In this document: positions 11,013 to 20,063 of the stretch, in pieces
How positions within the stretch are numbered: the stretch's first letter is position 1
Layout: the number at the start of each line of letters is the position of its first letter
Assembly (NCBI GenBank): GCA_002753335.1
Contig: PEAD01000011.1
Location: 62,001 to 86,974 of the forward strand
Direction of reading: 5' to 3'
Source of the DNA: Nitrospirae bacterium MYbin3
Lineage (GTDB): Bacteria; Nitrospirota; Thermodesulfovibrionia; Thermodesulfovibrionales; Dissulfurispiraceae
DNA length: 24,974 bases
Made by a program: the position numbers and the translations under genes
The notes under the pieces: model-generated
What the model saw: only the letters and a program-made list of their open reading frames with translations
Databases searched by the model: none
What the model was told of the DNA's origin: nothing

Positions 11013-12467
11013 TTGAAAAAGTCTTTTAGTAAATGCGGTGAATCAACAAAAGTTTCACCTATACCACTAATGTATCGTCCGCATGAAGAGTGCGGCGTCG
11101 TGGGCGTTTACGGCCACTCTGAAGCATCGAATCTTACCTATCTTGGCCTTTACGCATTGCAGCATCGCGGGCAGGAAGGTGCGGGCATATGTTCTTCTGA
11201 CGGCAGGGGCTTGCATATTGAAAAATCAATGGGGCTTGTTGCTGATATTTTCAATGAAAGACGGCTAAAAAGACTACCCGGCCATTCTGCTATAGGGCAC
11301 AACCGCTATTCTACCGCTGGCGGAAGTTCGCTAAAAAACGTACAGCCGTTGATGGCAAATTTCACCCTCGGAACAGTGGCAATAGCCCACAATGGCAATC
11401 TTGTGAACGCGCATCAAGTAAGGGCAGAACTTGAGGCTAACGGCGCAATATTTCAGTCTTCCACAGATAGTGAAGTTATTCTGCACCTTATCGCAAAATC
11501 CCGCCACACAGGGCTTCATGAGCGCATAGCCGATGCTTTAAAACATGTAAGCGGCGCCTTCAGTCTGCTGTTTCTGACCGATTCCGAAATGATTGCGGCA
11601 AGAGATTCATTTGGTGTCAGACCTCTGTGCATAGGAAGAGTTGACGGCGCTTATGTTGTTGCATCCGAAACCTGCGCGTTGGATCTGATTGGAGCGCAAT
11701 ATGTTCGCGATGTTGAGCCTGGAGAGATGGTTGTTATCAGCAGCAGCGGCTTGAGGTCGTTTCCTATTCTTAATGGCAGCAAGAATGCTCATTGCATATT
11801 TGAGTATATATATTTTGCAAGGCCCGACAGCTATATATTTAATCACACATGCGTAAATACTGTAAGAAGATCGTTGGGCAGACAGCTTGCACGGGAGTCT
11901 ATGATAGATGCTGACATTGTGATACCTGTGCCAGACTCAGGCGTTCCGGCCGCAATAGGGTTTGCTGAGGAGGCTAAGATTCCTTTTGATTTTGGACTGA
12001 TAAGGAACCACTACATAGGCAGAACTTTTATTGAGCCGAAGCAGAGCATAAGACATTTTGGCGTAAAGATAAAATTAAATCCGGTCCGCGACCTTTTAAA
12101 AGGCAAGCGGGTTGTTGTTGTTGATGATTCTATTGTTCGCGGAACAACGAGCAAAAAAATCGTAAAGATGATAAGAGAAACAGGCGGGGCAACTGAGGTG
12201 CATATGCGTATATGCTCTCCGCCCACCATTGGTCCATGTTTTTATGGTATTGATACCCCGACAAGGCAGGAACTTATCGCCTCAAGCCATATAACCGAAG
12301 AGATAAGAAGGTACATAACTGCCGACAGTCTTTCTTATCTAAGCGTTGAGGGCCTCAAGTCGTTAGTTCCGAATCCTTCCGATTATTGCTCAGCCTGCTT
12401 TGACAACAAGTATCCTATAGAATTCCCCGAAAAAGGAATTGAGCAGATGGAGCTTATGCTTGCATGA
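11013..12467 (+). CDS. purF: Amidophosphoribosyltransferase (propeptide- and Fe-S-containing type); alternative start ATG 11070
   Basis: [33 protein letters not shown]; Fe-S ligands in [15 protein letters not shown] and CSAC. Confidence 0.97.
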   Translation: MKKSFSKCGESTKVSPIPLMYRPHEECGVVGVYGHSEASNLTYLGLYALQHRGQEGAGICSSDGRGLHIEKSMGLVADIFNERRLKRLPGHSAIGHNRYSTAGGSSLKNVQPLMANFTLGTVAIAHNGNLVNAHQVRAELEANGAIFQSSTDSEVILHLIAKSRHTGLHERIADALKHVSGAFSLLFLTDSEMIAARDSFGVRPLCIGRVDGAYVVASETCALDLIGAQYVRDVEPGEMVVISSSGLRSFPILNGSKNAHCIFEYIYFARPDSYIFNHTCVNTVRRSLGRQLARESMIDADIVIPVPDSGVPAAIGFAEEAKIPFDFGLIRNHYIGRTFIEPKQSIRHFGVKIKLNPVRDLLKGKRVVVVDDSIVRGTTSKKIVKMIRETGGATEVHMRICSPPTIGPCFYGIDTPTRQELIASSHITEEIRRYITADSLSYLSVEGLKSLVPNPSDYCSACFDNKYPIEFPEKGIEQMELMLA

Positions 12468-12781
12468 CAGACGCGATTGTAGTTTATATAACCGCGTCAA
12501 CAGAGGAAGAAGCGGTAAAAATCGCAGGCGTGCTTGTATCCGAAAAATTGGCAGCCTGTGTGAATATTGTCAAAGGCATTCGTTCGATTTACAGTTGGCA
12601 AGGGAAAATAGAAGATGAACCGGAGGCGCTTATGATCGTTAAAACAGGTCACCATCTATTTGAAGCATTACAAAAAAAAGTAAAAGAACTGCATGCCTAT
12701 ACCGTGCCCGAAATAATAGCATTGCCCATTATCGCTGGTTCCGAAGATTATCTGAGTTGGCTTAAAGACGCTACGTCGTAA
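12464..12781 (+). CDS. cutA: CutA divalent-cation tolerance protein
   Basis: [27 protein letters not shown]. Confidence 0.95.
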   Translation: MTDAIVVYITASTEEEAVKIAGVLVSEKLAACVNIVKGIRSIYSWQGKIEDEPEALMIVKTGHHLFEALQKKVKELHAYTVPEIIALPIIAGSEDYLSWLKDATS

Positions 12782-13113
12782 TGAAAGATTCTCGATATGT
12801 CGAGAGTGTCTGTGGAAAATTTTGCCGCTATTACAAAGAGGGAAAAGAAGAATTGTATTGCGGCGGATATAAAATTCTTGAGCAAAATTTAACTGCGTCC
12901 GAATTATCTGAATTGGTAAAAACTTCTCCGCCTAAATTAAAATCCGATAATTTAATCCATCAGCTCAACCTCGAAACCGATAAAAAACTCAGAGTGTTTG
13001 TTTGCGACAAATGTGATTTTAAGCTTGATGGATGTGATTTTAGAGACGGGTATTCTGGTGCACCATGCGGCGGATATACGATTCTCTACTCTTTGTTCGA
13101 GTCAGAAAAATAA
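12781..13113 (+). CDS. Cys-rich hypothetical protein with duplicated CGGY motif
   Basis: Start overlaps the cutA stop by 1 nt; ends at a terminator; 7 Cys in two related clusters. Confidence 0.75.
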   Translation: MKDSRYVESVCGKFCRYYKEGKEELYCGGYKILEQNLTASELSELVKTSPPKLKSDNLIHQLNLETDKKLRVFVCDKCDFKLDGCDFRDGYSGAPCGGYTILYSLFESEK

Positions 13114-13145
13114 AGAGGGCCAGGCTTTAAGCCTGGCCCTCTTTA
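13111..13145. terminator. Probable bidirectional terminator between convergent genes
   Basis: TAAAGAGGGCCAGGCTT-T-AAGCCTGGCCCTCTTTA, perfect inverted repeat. Confidence 0.85.
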
Positions 13146-13172
13146 AAGCTCCAAAAGGCTGTCAAGGTTTTT

Positions 13173-13547
13173 TTAAGTCCCGGCTATCCGCTGCATCTGT
13201 TTTTCTGCTTGAGGTTTCTGGGTTCCGCTTTCTGTTGTCCGATTGGCGGTCTGATATGCCTGTATCGCGCGCTGCGCCTGAGCATTCAGAGTTTCCTGTT
13301 TGTCTGTTCGAGCGTTGTCTGCTTGAGCTTTTCCGGCTTCGCTTGTATTGCGGTTGGTTAGGGATACCTTGACGCCTTCACTCCCCGCAGAATCAGTGGC
13401 TGCCTGCTTTTTCTCTTCCGGCTGCTTTGCTGCTGCTTGCGTCTGGCGAGCTTCAGAATTAGCCGCCTGCTTAGTCGGAACATCTTTATTCATCATTAAT
13501 TGAACCATCGAATTTGTCTGTTGGTCGCTTATCTGACTTATTGCCAT
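13173..13547 (-). CDS. Low-complexity Q/A/T-rich hypothetical protein, probably disordered
   Basis: Strong SD AAGGAGG; starts 13 nt after the hisD stop; ends just before the terminator. Confidence 0.8.
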   Translation of the reverse strand: MAISQISDQQTNSMVQLMMNKDVPTKQAANSEARQTQAAAKQPEEKKQAATDSAGSEGVKVSLTNRNTSEAGKAQADNARTDKQETLNAQAQRAIQAYQTANRTTESGTQKPQAEKQMQRIAGT

Positions 13548-13560
13548 ATGCCCTCCTTGC

Positions 13561-14856
13561 TTATCTCTCGGTGTTCTTATCCAAAAAATCTTTTCTAACC
13601 TTCACTGTATTTGCATGTGCATCAAGCCCTTCAATCTCTGCAATGCATTCAACAGTCTCTAATAAAAGCTTAAACCCTTTTTGGTTGAATGTCAAGAGAC
13701 TCGTTCTTTTTATAAAATCATAAACTCCGAGTGGAGAAGAAAACCGCGCAGTTCCTCCGGTTGGAAGGGTATGGTTCGGTCCGGCAGAATAATCTCCGAG
13801 TGGTTCCGGGGTCCATTGTCCAAGGAAAATTGCGCCTGCATGTTTAACCTCATTGAGGAGGCTTTCGGGATTCCTTGTCATGATCTCAAGATGTTCAGGG
13901 GCTATTTGATTTGCGACAGAGACCGCATCTTTTAAGCTTTTGACTTTTATGAGAGCACCATAATTCTGGAGCGATTTCTTGGCTATGCTGTTGCGGTTTA
14001 GTTTGCAAAGTTGGCTTTGCAGCTCGCGCGAAACCTTGGCAAGCAGTTGATCCGAATCAGTTACAAGGATGCTTGATGCAAGCTCATCATGCTCGGCCTG
14101 ACTCAGCATATCGGCAGCCACGAAAACAGGATTAGCTCTTGAGTCTGCAATTATCAGTATCTCGCTGGGCCCGGCAATCATATCAATGTCAACTTCTCCG
14201 AACACCTTTTTTTTGGCTGTGGCTACAAAAATATTTCCGGGTCCAACAATCTTGTCCACCTTGCGCAGGAGTTTTGTCCCATAAGCCATTGCCCCTACCG
14301 CCTGAGCTCCGCCTATGCGGTAAACTTCTTTAATGCCAAGAAGTTTAATGGCGGCCATGACATATGGGTTGGCCTCCCCGTTTGGTGTAGGAACGCACAA
14401 GGCGATCTCTTTAACACCCGCTATCTGTGCAGGAATAACATTCATAAGCACTGTGGACGGATAGGATGCCTTGCCGCCCGGGACATAAACTCCCACACGC
14501 TCAAGCGGCCTGATGATCTGTCCTAGAAGCGCCCCCTCTTTTCTAAAAGACCATGATTTTTCGGTCTGCTTAAGATGGAAATCCCGTATGCGGGCAGCAG
14601 AAAACTCGAGCGCTTTGACCACTCGTTTGTCAGCATTTTTTGCGAGTTTGTTAATCTCTGAAGGCTCAATTTTAATAGGCAAGCTGTGCTTGTCGAATTC
14701 AATCGTATATTTTTTTAAGGAAACATCACCGTTTTTCATTATGCCCGCAAGGATTGCATTAACAGCCGCTTCAATCGCAGGATTTATGCCGGATGCCCTT
14801 TTTTTGAGGCTTTTAAAAAATGTCTCTATTGATTTATTGTTTTTTAGAGTTCGCAT
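13561..14856 (-). CDS. hisD: Histidinol dehydrogenase
   Basis: VGVYVPGGKASYPS, IGGAQA, GPGN, IDMIAGPSE, QAEHD, APEHL, GDYSAGPNHTLPT, EGLDAHA. Confidence 0.97.
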   Translation of the reverse strand: MRTLKNNKSIETFFKSLKKRASGINPAIEAAVNAILAGIMKNGDVSLKKYTIEFDKHSLPIKIEPSEINKLAKNADKRVVKALEFSAARIRDFHLKQTEKSWSFRKEGALLGQIIRPLERVGVYVPGGKASYPSTVLMNVIPAQIAGVKEIALCVPTPNGEANPYVMAAIKLLGIKEVYRIGGAQAVGAMAYGTKLLRKVDKIVGPGNIFVATAKKKVFGEVDIDMIAGPSEILIIADSRANPVFVAADMLSQAEHDELASSILVTDSDQLLAKVSRELQSQLCKLNRNSIAKKSLQNYGALIKVKSLKDAVSVANQIAPEHLEIMTRNPESLLNEVKHAGAIFLGQWTPEPLGDYSAGPNHTLPTGGTARFSSPLGVYDFIKRTSLLTFNQKGFKLLLETVECIAEIEGLDAHANTVKVRKDFLDKNTER

Positions 14857-14865
14857 GCTTGTCTT

Positions 14866-14876
14866 ATTTTAGCATA
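14866..14876 (-). promoter_or_regulatory. Putative extended -10 promoter of hisD (near-leaderless)
   Basis: TATGCTAAAAT ending 9 nt before the ATG; no SD present. Confidence 0.55.
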
Positions 14877-15036
14877 GAGAGTTTTTGTCAGGCGCGTAAA
14901 AGATTTGTTTTGCTATAAGCATCAACTTACCATTGCTTTCACAAAACCGCACATGGCATCATAACTCACTATACAGCCGCATACAGATTAAATCGTGGTT
15001 ACTGATTTATGGCTGGGGATTATATAAGGAGGATAT

Positions 15037-16563
15037 TTGGACAACAATTTTAAATATTTGAAAAACAAAATTCAGGACAGCGATACAATTGCGAATAATA
15101 ACGAGATTTGCGATCAAGATATGGATGATTTGGCCGAAGCGGAAGAGCAGCGCGATGTAAAAGAAACCCTGGATTTGGAATACGATCCTTTGCGGTCGTA
15201 CCTCAAGGGTATCAGTTCAATACCATTGCTTAACAAGGAAGGCGAAGTTGCAATCGCTCAAGAAATCGAAGCTAAAAAAAGCAAAATTGCAGAAACCCTT
15301 TTTGTTATCCCATTTGTTCTCGAGAAGCTTGTGCAGCTCGGAAGGCTGATAGGCAAAGGAGAAGCGCCACTGATCGATATTATTCAGGACGGGGACGACC
15401 TGTCCGAAGATGATCTGCTTGAAGAACAGATGCGCTTTGCAGCCATAACCGTGAAAATTTCGAAGCTATATGGAACAAGAAAAAAACTCTTGGCACAAAA
15501 GGGCTTTTGCAGTGGAGGAAAACTCACGAAGGCATCAGCCGACCCCAAGCTTTGCAAGCAATTTGAAGCAAATAAAACCCGAATAGTGGAACATATTAAA
15601 CTGCTTGATTTGAAAGACGATGTGGTTAACGCCTTTCGCGAGGAGTTAAAAAACCTTAACCAAATGCTGGGCCTTCTTAAAGATGGTCTTCGCAGGGCGT
15701 CAAAAAAGAACAGCAGAAGTGCCGAATGCCGGAAAATAAGAGATAAAATAAAAAACACAGAGCTTTTAGTTGGTCTGAATGGGACCGAAATAAAAAATAT
15801 AGTAAGAGAGCTTGATAAAATTACGGTTGAACTTGACAACGCCAAATGCAAGCTTGTTGAGGCTAACCTAAGGCTTGTTATCAGTATTGCCAAGCGGTAC
15901 ATAGGCAAAGGTCTTGGCCTTGGAGACCTTATTCAGGAAGGCAACATAGGCTTGATGAAAGCGGTAGAAAAATTCGAATACCAAAGAGGCTACAAATTCA
16001 GCACCTACGCCACATGGTGGATAAGGCAGGCAATAAGCCGCTCAATTGCGGATCAGTCAAGGACCATCAGGATTCCGGTGCATATGATCGAAAATATAAA
16101 CAAAATAGGAAAGATTACAAAAGAATATGTTCAGGAATTTGGCAGGGAACCAAGTACGGATGACGTTGCTAAGCGATCCAAGATTGCGATAGACAAGGTC
16201 AGAAATATCTTGAAGCTTTCTAAGGAGCCCATTTCTATCGAGATGCCTATAGGCGAGGAAGACGATGCTTCGCTAAAAGATTTTATAGAGGACAAATCGA
16301 ATCTTTCTCCTCTTGATGAACTGATTCAGGGCGATCTTCGGAAACATTTGTATAAGGCTCTCCGTACCCTTTCGCCTAAAGAGCAGTTTGTATTGAGAAA
16401 ACGTTTTGGGATCGATGAGGACGGGCCGCATACTCTAGAAGAAGTGGGCCATGAGTTTGATGTTACACGCGAGCGGATAAGGCAGATAGAGGTTAAGGCT
16501 ATAAGAAAGCTGAAACATCCTTCTAGATCCAAGTGGCTACGCGATTTTTTGGGCAAACCTTGA
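15037..16563 (+). CDS. rpoD: RpoD-family sigma70 factor (no clear region 1.1; long non-conserved region)
   Basis: [80 protein letters not shown] start with SD TAAGGAGG. Confidence 0.88.
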   Translation: MDNNFKYLKNKIQDSDTIANNNEICDQDMDDLAEAEEQRDVKETLDLEYDPLRSYLKGISSIPLLNKEGEVAIAQEIEAKKSKIAETLFVIPFVLEKLVQLGRLIGKGEAPLIDIIQDGDDLSEDDLLEEQMRFAAITVKISKLYGTRKKLLAQKGFCSGGKLTKASADPKLCKQFEANKTRIVEHIKLLDLKDDVVNAFREELKNLNQMLGLLKDGLRRASKKNSRSAECRKIRDKIKNTELLVGLNGTEIKNIVRELDKITVELDNAKCKLVEANLRLVISIAKRYIGKGLGLGDLIQEGNIGLMKAVEKFEYQRGYKFSTYATWWIRQAISRSIADQSRTIRIPVHMIENINKIGKITKEYVQEFGREPSTDDVAKRSKIAIDKVRNILKLSKEPISIEMPIGEEDDASLKDFIEDKSNLSPLDELIQGDLRKHLYKALRTLSPKEQFVLRKRFGIDEDGPHTLEEVGHEFDVTRERIRQIEVKAIRKLKHPSRSKWLRDFLGKP

Positions 16564-16589
16564 CTAATTTCAGGATTCGACGCTAAAAT
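16560..16589 (+). promoter_or_regulatory. Putative sigma70 promoter of the tRNA and downstream genes, overlapping the sigma-factor stop codon
   Basis: TTGACT-N18-TAAAAT. Confidence 0.6.
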
Positions 16590-16642
16590 ATTCAACTTTG
16601 GTGAGTTTCTGTTTTTCTTCGGAATTTCAGCTTTTACGCCGA

Positions 16643-16718
16643 GGGCCCATAGCTCAGTTGGTAGAGCTACCGGCTCATAACCGGTTGGTCCCAGGTTCGA
16701 GTCCTGGTGGGCCCACCA
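16643..16718 (+). tRNA. tRNA with CAT anticodon, most likely tRNA-Ile2 (lysidine-modified)
   Basis: GGGCCCATAGCTCAGTTGGTAGAGCTACCGGCTCATAACCGGTTGGTCCCAGGTTCGAGTCCTGGTGGGCCCACCA; paired G1-C72 (not initiator); C4-G69/C5-G68 as in TilS substrates; downstream of rpoD. Elongator Met is not fully excluded. Confidence 0.93.
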
Positions 16719-16781
16719 GCTTCACGGATTTACATCTATATTACATGCCGCGTTATGCGGCATGCCTCGGAGAGTCAACAG

Positions 16782-17519
16782 GTGAATGACGAACTTAAAA
16801 CACTAATACAACTGCAGCAACTCGATACCCGTATCCTTGCGTTGAAAATCAGGATTGACACCGCTCCTTCGCAGCTTTCGGCGGATGAGGCCTTATTTAA
16901 AGAAGCGCAGGCTGCATTTGAAAAAGCGAAACAAAATCAGCTTGCTGCAGAAAAAAAGAAAAAAGAGAAAGAAGCCGAAATAGAAGATATCAAAGAAAAA
17001 ATCAAAAAACTTAAGACAAGAGGCGCAGAGATAAAGAACAACAAAGAGTACCAAGCCCACTTAAAAGAGATAGAGAAAAACGAAAAAGATATAAAGATTG
17101 CTGAAGACGTAATCATGACTCTTATGGAAAAGCTTGATGAGTCTCAAAAAGCGGTGCTTTCAGAAAATACCCGAATTAGTGCAGAAAAACTTAAGCTTGA
17201 TGCTGCAAAAGCCGAGATGGAGAAGGAAATTGCGCAGTACAGTGTGGATCTGGAAGGGTTAAAAAAAGAAAGGCCCGGAATCGTTTCTAAAATCACCAAA
17301 GACACATATAACTTTTATATGTCTATTCTCAGAGACCGGCGGGGTTTGGCTGTTGTAAAGGCGAGCAATGAAATTTGTCATGGTTGCAATCTGCATATAC
17401 CTCCACAAATGTTTGTAGAGATTAAAACAGGCCAGGAGATATTGCAATGTCAGGAATGCAGACGAATACTTTATTACGAACAACCCCTATCTGAACCTAC
17501 AGGAGAGCCAAAGCAATAA
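16782..17519 (+). CDS. CT398/HP0958-like coiled-coil hairpin protein with C4 zinc ribbon
   Basis: L..LQQLD start, NNKEYQA..KEI, C-terminal CHGC...IPPQ...CQECRRILY; start moved to GTG 16782 (GGAG SD), clear of the tRNA. Confidence 0.9.
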   Translation: MNDELKTLIQLQQLDTRILALKIRIDTAPSQLSADEALFKEAQAAFEKAKQNQLAAEKKKKEKEAEIEDIKEKIKKLKTRGAEIKNNKEYQAHLKEIEKNEKDIKIAEDVIMTLMEKLDESQKAVLSENTRISAEKLKLDAAKAEMEKEIAQYSVDLEGLKKERPGIVSKITKDTYNFYMSILRDRRGLAVVKASNEICHGCNLHIPPQMFVEIKTGQEILQCQECRRILYYEQPLSEPTGEPKQ

Positions 17520-18490
17520 TGAAAACCATAATACTGACCGGGGCAGCAGGCTTTATAGGCTGGAACACCGGATTGAAACTTCTTGCTGATGGTGCAAGGA
17601 TCATAGGCATAGACAATCTGAACGACTACTATGATGTCCGGCTAAAATACCACAGACTGGAAGATCTGAAAAAACATCCCAATTTCAAATTTTATCATAC
17701 CGATATAGAAAATCTTCAGGCGCTCGAAATAATCTTTCAGGACCACAAAATAGACGCGGTAATAAATCTCGCGGCAAGGGCCGGAGTGAGGTACAGTCTC
17801 GTAAATCCCCATGTGTATTTAAGCACAAACACGCTAGGCACCTTGAATCTGCTTGAAGCCATGAAAAGGTATGGCACGAAAAAGATGGTTTTAGCATCAA
17901 CCTCATCATTGTATGCTGGACAAAAGATGCCATTTGCCGAAGATCTGCCGGTAAATACGCCGATATCCCCTTATGCAGCTTCAAAGAAAGCGGCCGAGGC
18001 AATGGCACATTCTTACCACTATCTATTTGGATTGGATATAAGCGTTGTCCGTTATTTTACTGTTTACGGTCCGGCCGGAAGACCGGATATGAGCATATTC
18101 AGATTCATAAAATGGATTGATGAGGGTACGCCTATCGAGTTGTTCGGCGACGGCTCGCAAAGCAGAGACTTTACCTACATAGAAGATATCGCCGCAGGCT
18201 CTATCAAAGCATTGAAAGAGGTGGGCTACGAGATAATCAATATTGGCGGCGGACAAAAACCGGAATCTCTCAATTATGTGATTAAAACAATCGAAGATTT
18301 TTTGGGCAAAAAAGCGGTAATAGAAAACAAGCCATTTCATAAAGCAGATATGATGGAAACCTCGGCCGACATAAGCAAGGCAAGAAGACTTCTGGAATGG
18401 GAGCCGAAAACCGGTCTTGATGAAGGAATGGATAAGACACTGCAGTGGTATATCGCCAACCGCGACTGGCTCAGAGACATTAAGCTGTAA
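17519..18490 (+). CDS. NAD-dependent nucleotide-sugar epimerase (UDP-glucuronate 4-epimerase-like)
   Basis: TGAAGFIG, DNLNDYY, LAARAGVRYS, YAASK, FTVYGPAGRPDM, RDFTYIEDI. Confidence 0.92.
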   Translation: MKTIILTGAAGFIGWNTGLKLLADGARIIGIDNLNDYYDVRLKYHRLEDLKKHPNFKFYHTDIENLQALEIIFQDHKIDAVINLAARAGVRYSLVNPHVYLSTNTLGTLNLLEAMKRYGTKKMVLASTSSLYAGQKMPFAEDLPVNTPISPYAASKKAAEAMAHSYHYLFGLDISVVRYFTVYGPAGRPDMSIFRFIKWIDEGTPIELFGDGSQSRDFTYIEDIAAGSIKALKEVGYEIINIGGGQKPESLNYVIKTIEDFLGKKAVIENKPFHKADMMETSADISKARRLLEWEPKTGLDEGMDKTLQWYIANRDWLRDIKL

Positions 18491-19252
18491 TTGGCAAAGA
18501 AACATTTAGGACAGAACTTTCTTTTTGACCCTTCTATTCTCGCCAGAATAATCGAAGTATCCGGCCTGACCGCTGACGATTTAGTTGTTGAGGTCGGCCC
18601 GGGACATGGCCGGCTTACGAAAATGTTGGCGATGGCTGCGCGACAGGTCATAGCAATAGAGCTTGACCGCGATCTTCACAAAGCCCTTTTATCTGAACTC
18701 AGAGATTTCAGCAACATAGAATTGATAGAGGGCGATGTGCTTGAGTTCCCCTTCGAGACACTCGACAAATTTAAGGCGATCGCAAATATCCCTTACTACA
18801 TCACTACCCCGATAATTTTCAGGCTGCTCGAAACAGCCACAAATCTTGAATCCATGACACTTACGATACAGAAGGAGGTGGCAGAAAGGATCGTTGCGAA
18901 GCCCTGCACAAAAGATTACGGGGTCCTTTCGCTTGCCGTGCAGTATTACGGTGAGCCCGAAATCAAATTTCTGATACCAAAGGGCGCTTTCAAACCCACG
19001 CCTAAGGTTGATTCTGCTGTGCTTAATGTTAAAAAACTGGCTGTTCCGAGAGTGGCCGCAAAAGATAAAAAGTTTTTTTTCAAAGTTGTAAGAACAGCCT
19101 TTGCCCAGAGGAGAAAAACCCTCTCAAATTCCTTAAAACCGCTGCAGAAAGAGAATCTGCTTCCTGTACTCGAAGCCTTAGGAATTGACGCTAAAAGGCG
19201 GCCCGAAACATTGACAATCGAAGAATTCGCAATGATTGCGGATGCATTGTGA
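18491..19252 (+). CDS. rsmA: 16S rRNA m6,2A1518/1519 dimethyltransferase
   Basis: KKHLGQNFL, EVGPGHG, ANIPYYIT, QKEVAERI, F.P.PKVDS, F.QRRKTL.N. Confidence 0.96.
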   Translation: MAKKHLGQNFLFDPSILARIIEVSGLTADDLVVEVGPGHGRLTKMLAMAARQVIAIELDRDLHKALLSELRDFSNIELIEGDVLEFPFETLDKFKAIANIPYYITTPIIFRLLETATNLESMTLTIQKEVAERIVAKPCTKDYGVLSLAVQYYGEPEIKFLIPKGAFKPTPKVDSAVLNVKKLAVPRVAAKDKKFFFKVVRTAFAQRRKTLSNSLKPLQKENLLPVLEALGIDAKRRPETLTIEEFAMIADAL

Positions 19253-19278
19253 CCGGCTAGCACCACCGTATCTATCGC

Positions 19279-20058
19279 CTAATTTTTAAACAGCAAATCG
19301 TTGTCGTTCAGAATCTCTTTTGCAAGCGCGATGTAGCTTTGCGAACCGGTGGCATTGGGTGAGTACAGCACTGCGGGCTTGCCAAAGCTCGGCGCTTCTG
19401 CAAGCACAACATTTCTCGGAATAATAGTGTCATAAACTTTTGACTTGAATACATTTCGTACATCTTCTGCTATCTGCTGCGATAGAGAAAGGTGCCTGTT
19501 GTACATTGTTAGAACGATGCCTTCGAGAGAAAGCCCTTCGTTGAACCCACCGCGTATGCGCCACAAAAGTTTAATCAGAAGGCTCAATCCTTCGAGCGCG
19601 AAGAATTCACACTGAACAGGTACAAGCACAGAGTCGGAAGCTACCAATGCGTTTAAGGTCAGCAGACCAAAAGACGGCGGGCAGTCTATGAAAATGTATC
19701 GAAATCGTTTTTTTAAAGGTTGTAGTATATTCCGCAGCGTGTTTTCTCTGTCGGGCCGTTCAAGCAGTTCAATCTCTGCCGCAAAAAGGTCCATCGAGGT
19801 TGGAAGTATATAAAGATTCGGAATCATAGTCTGAAGCATAATTTCTTCAACAGAAGCCTTGCCCGAATACATCTCATAAAGGCTGTTTTTCATCGTCTCT
19901 TTTTTAATTCCAAGCCCGCTTGTAAGATTGCCTTGCGGGTCGGAGTCTATAACAAGAATTTCTTCGCCTGCAAGCGCAAGCGAGGCTGCGAGGTTTATGG
20001 AGGTTGTGGTTTTTCCAACCCCGCCTTTTTGGTTTGTTATTGCTATTACTTTTGTCAT
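19279..20058 (-). CDS. parA: ParA/Soj family ATPase (orphan, no adjacent parB)
   Basis: Deviant Walker A NQKGGVGKTT, DSDPQGN, IDCPPS, PVQCEFFALEG, LAEAPSFGKP. Confidence 0.92.
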   Translation of the reverse strand: MTKVIAITNQKGGVGKTTTSINLAASLALAGEEILVIDSDPQGNLTSGLGIKKETMKNSLYEMYSGKASVEEIMLQTMIPNLYILPTSMDLFAAEIELLERPDRENTLRNILQPLKKRFRYIFIDCPPSFGLLTLNALVASDSVLVPVQCEFFALEGLSLLIKLLWRIRGGFNEGLSLEGIVLTMYNRHLSLSQQIAEDVRNVFKSKVYDTIIPRNVVLAEAPSFGKPAVLYSPNATGSQSYIALAKEILNDNDLLFKN

Positions 20059-20063
20059 GAGTG

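Noticed and set aside
12998..13372. 124-aa plus-strand ORF
   Set aside because: Runs through the bidirectional terminator and is antisense to a gene with a strong SD.
13565..13600. Possible sigma28 promoter for the low-complexity gene, and DnaA-box-like TTATCCAAA
   Set aside because: Poor match and spacing to TAAA-N15-GCCGATAA; the single imperfect DnaA box lies within hisD coding sequence.
16598..16789. 63-aa ORF and the N-terminal extension of ORF 16707
   Set aside because: Both overlap the tRNA gene; the real CDS most likely starts at GTG 16782.
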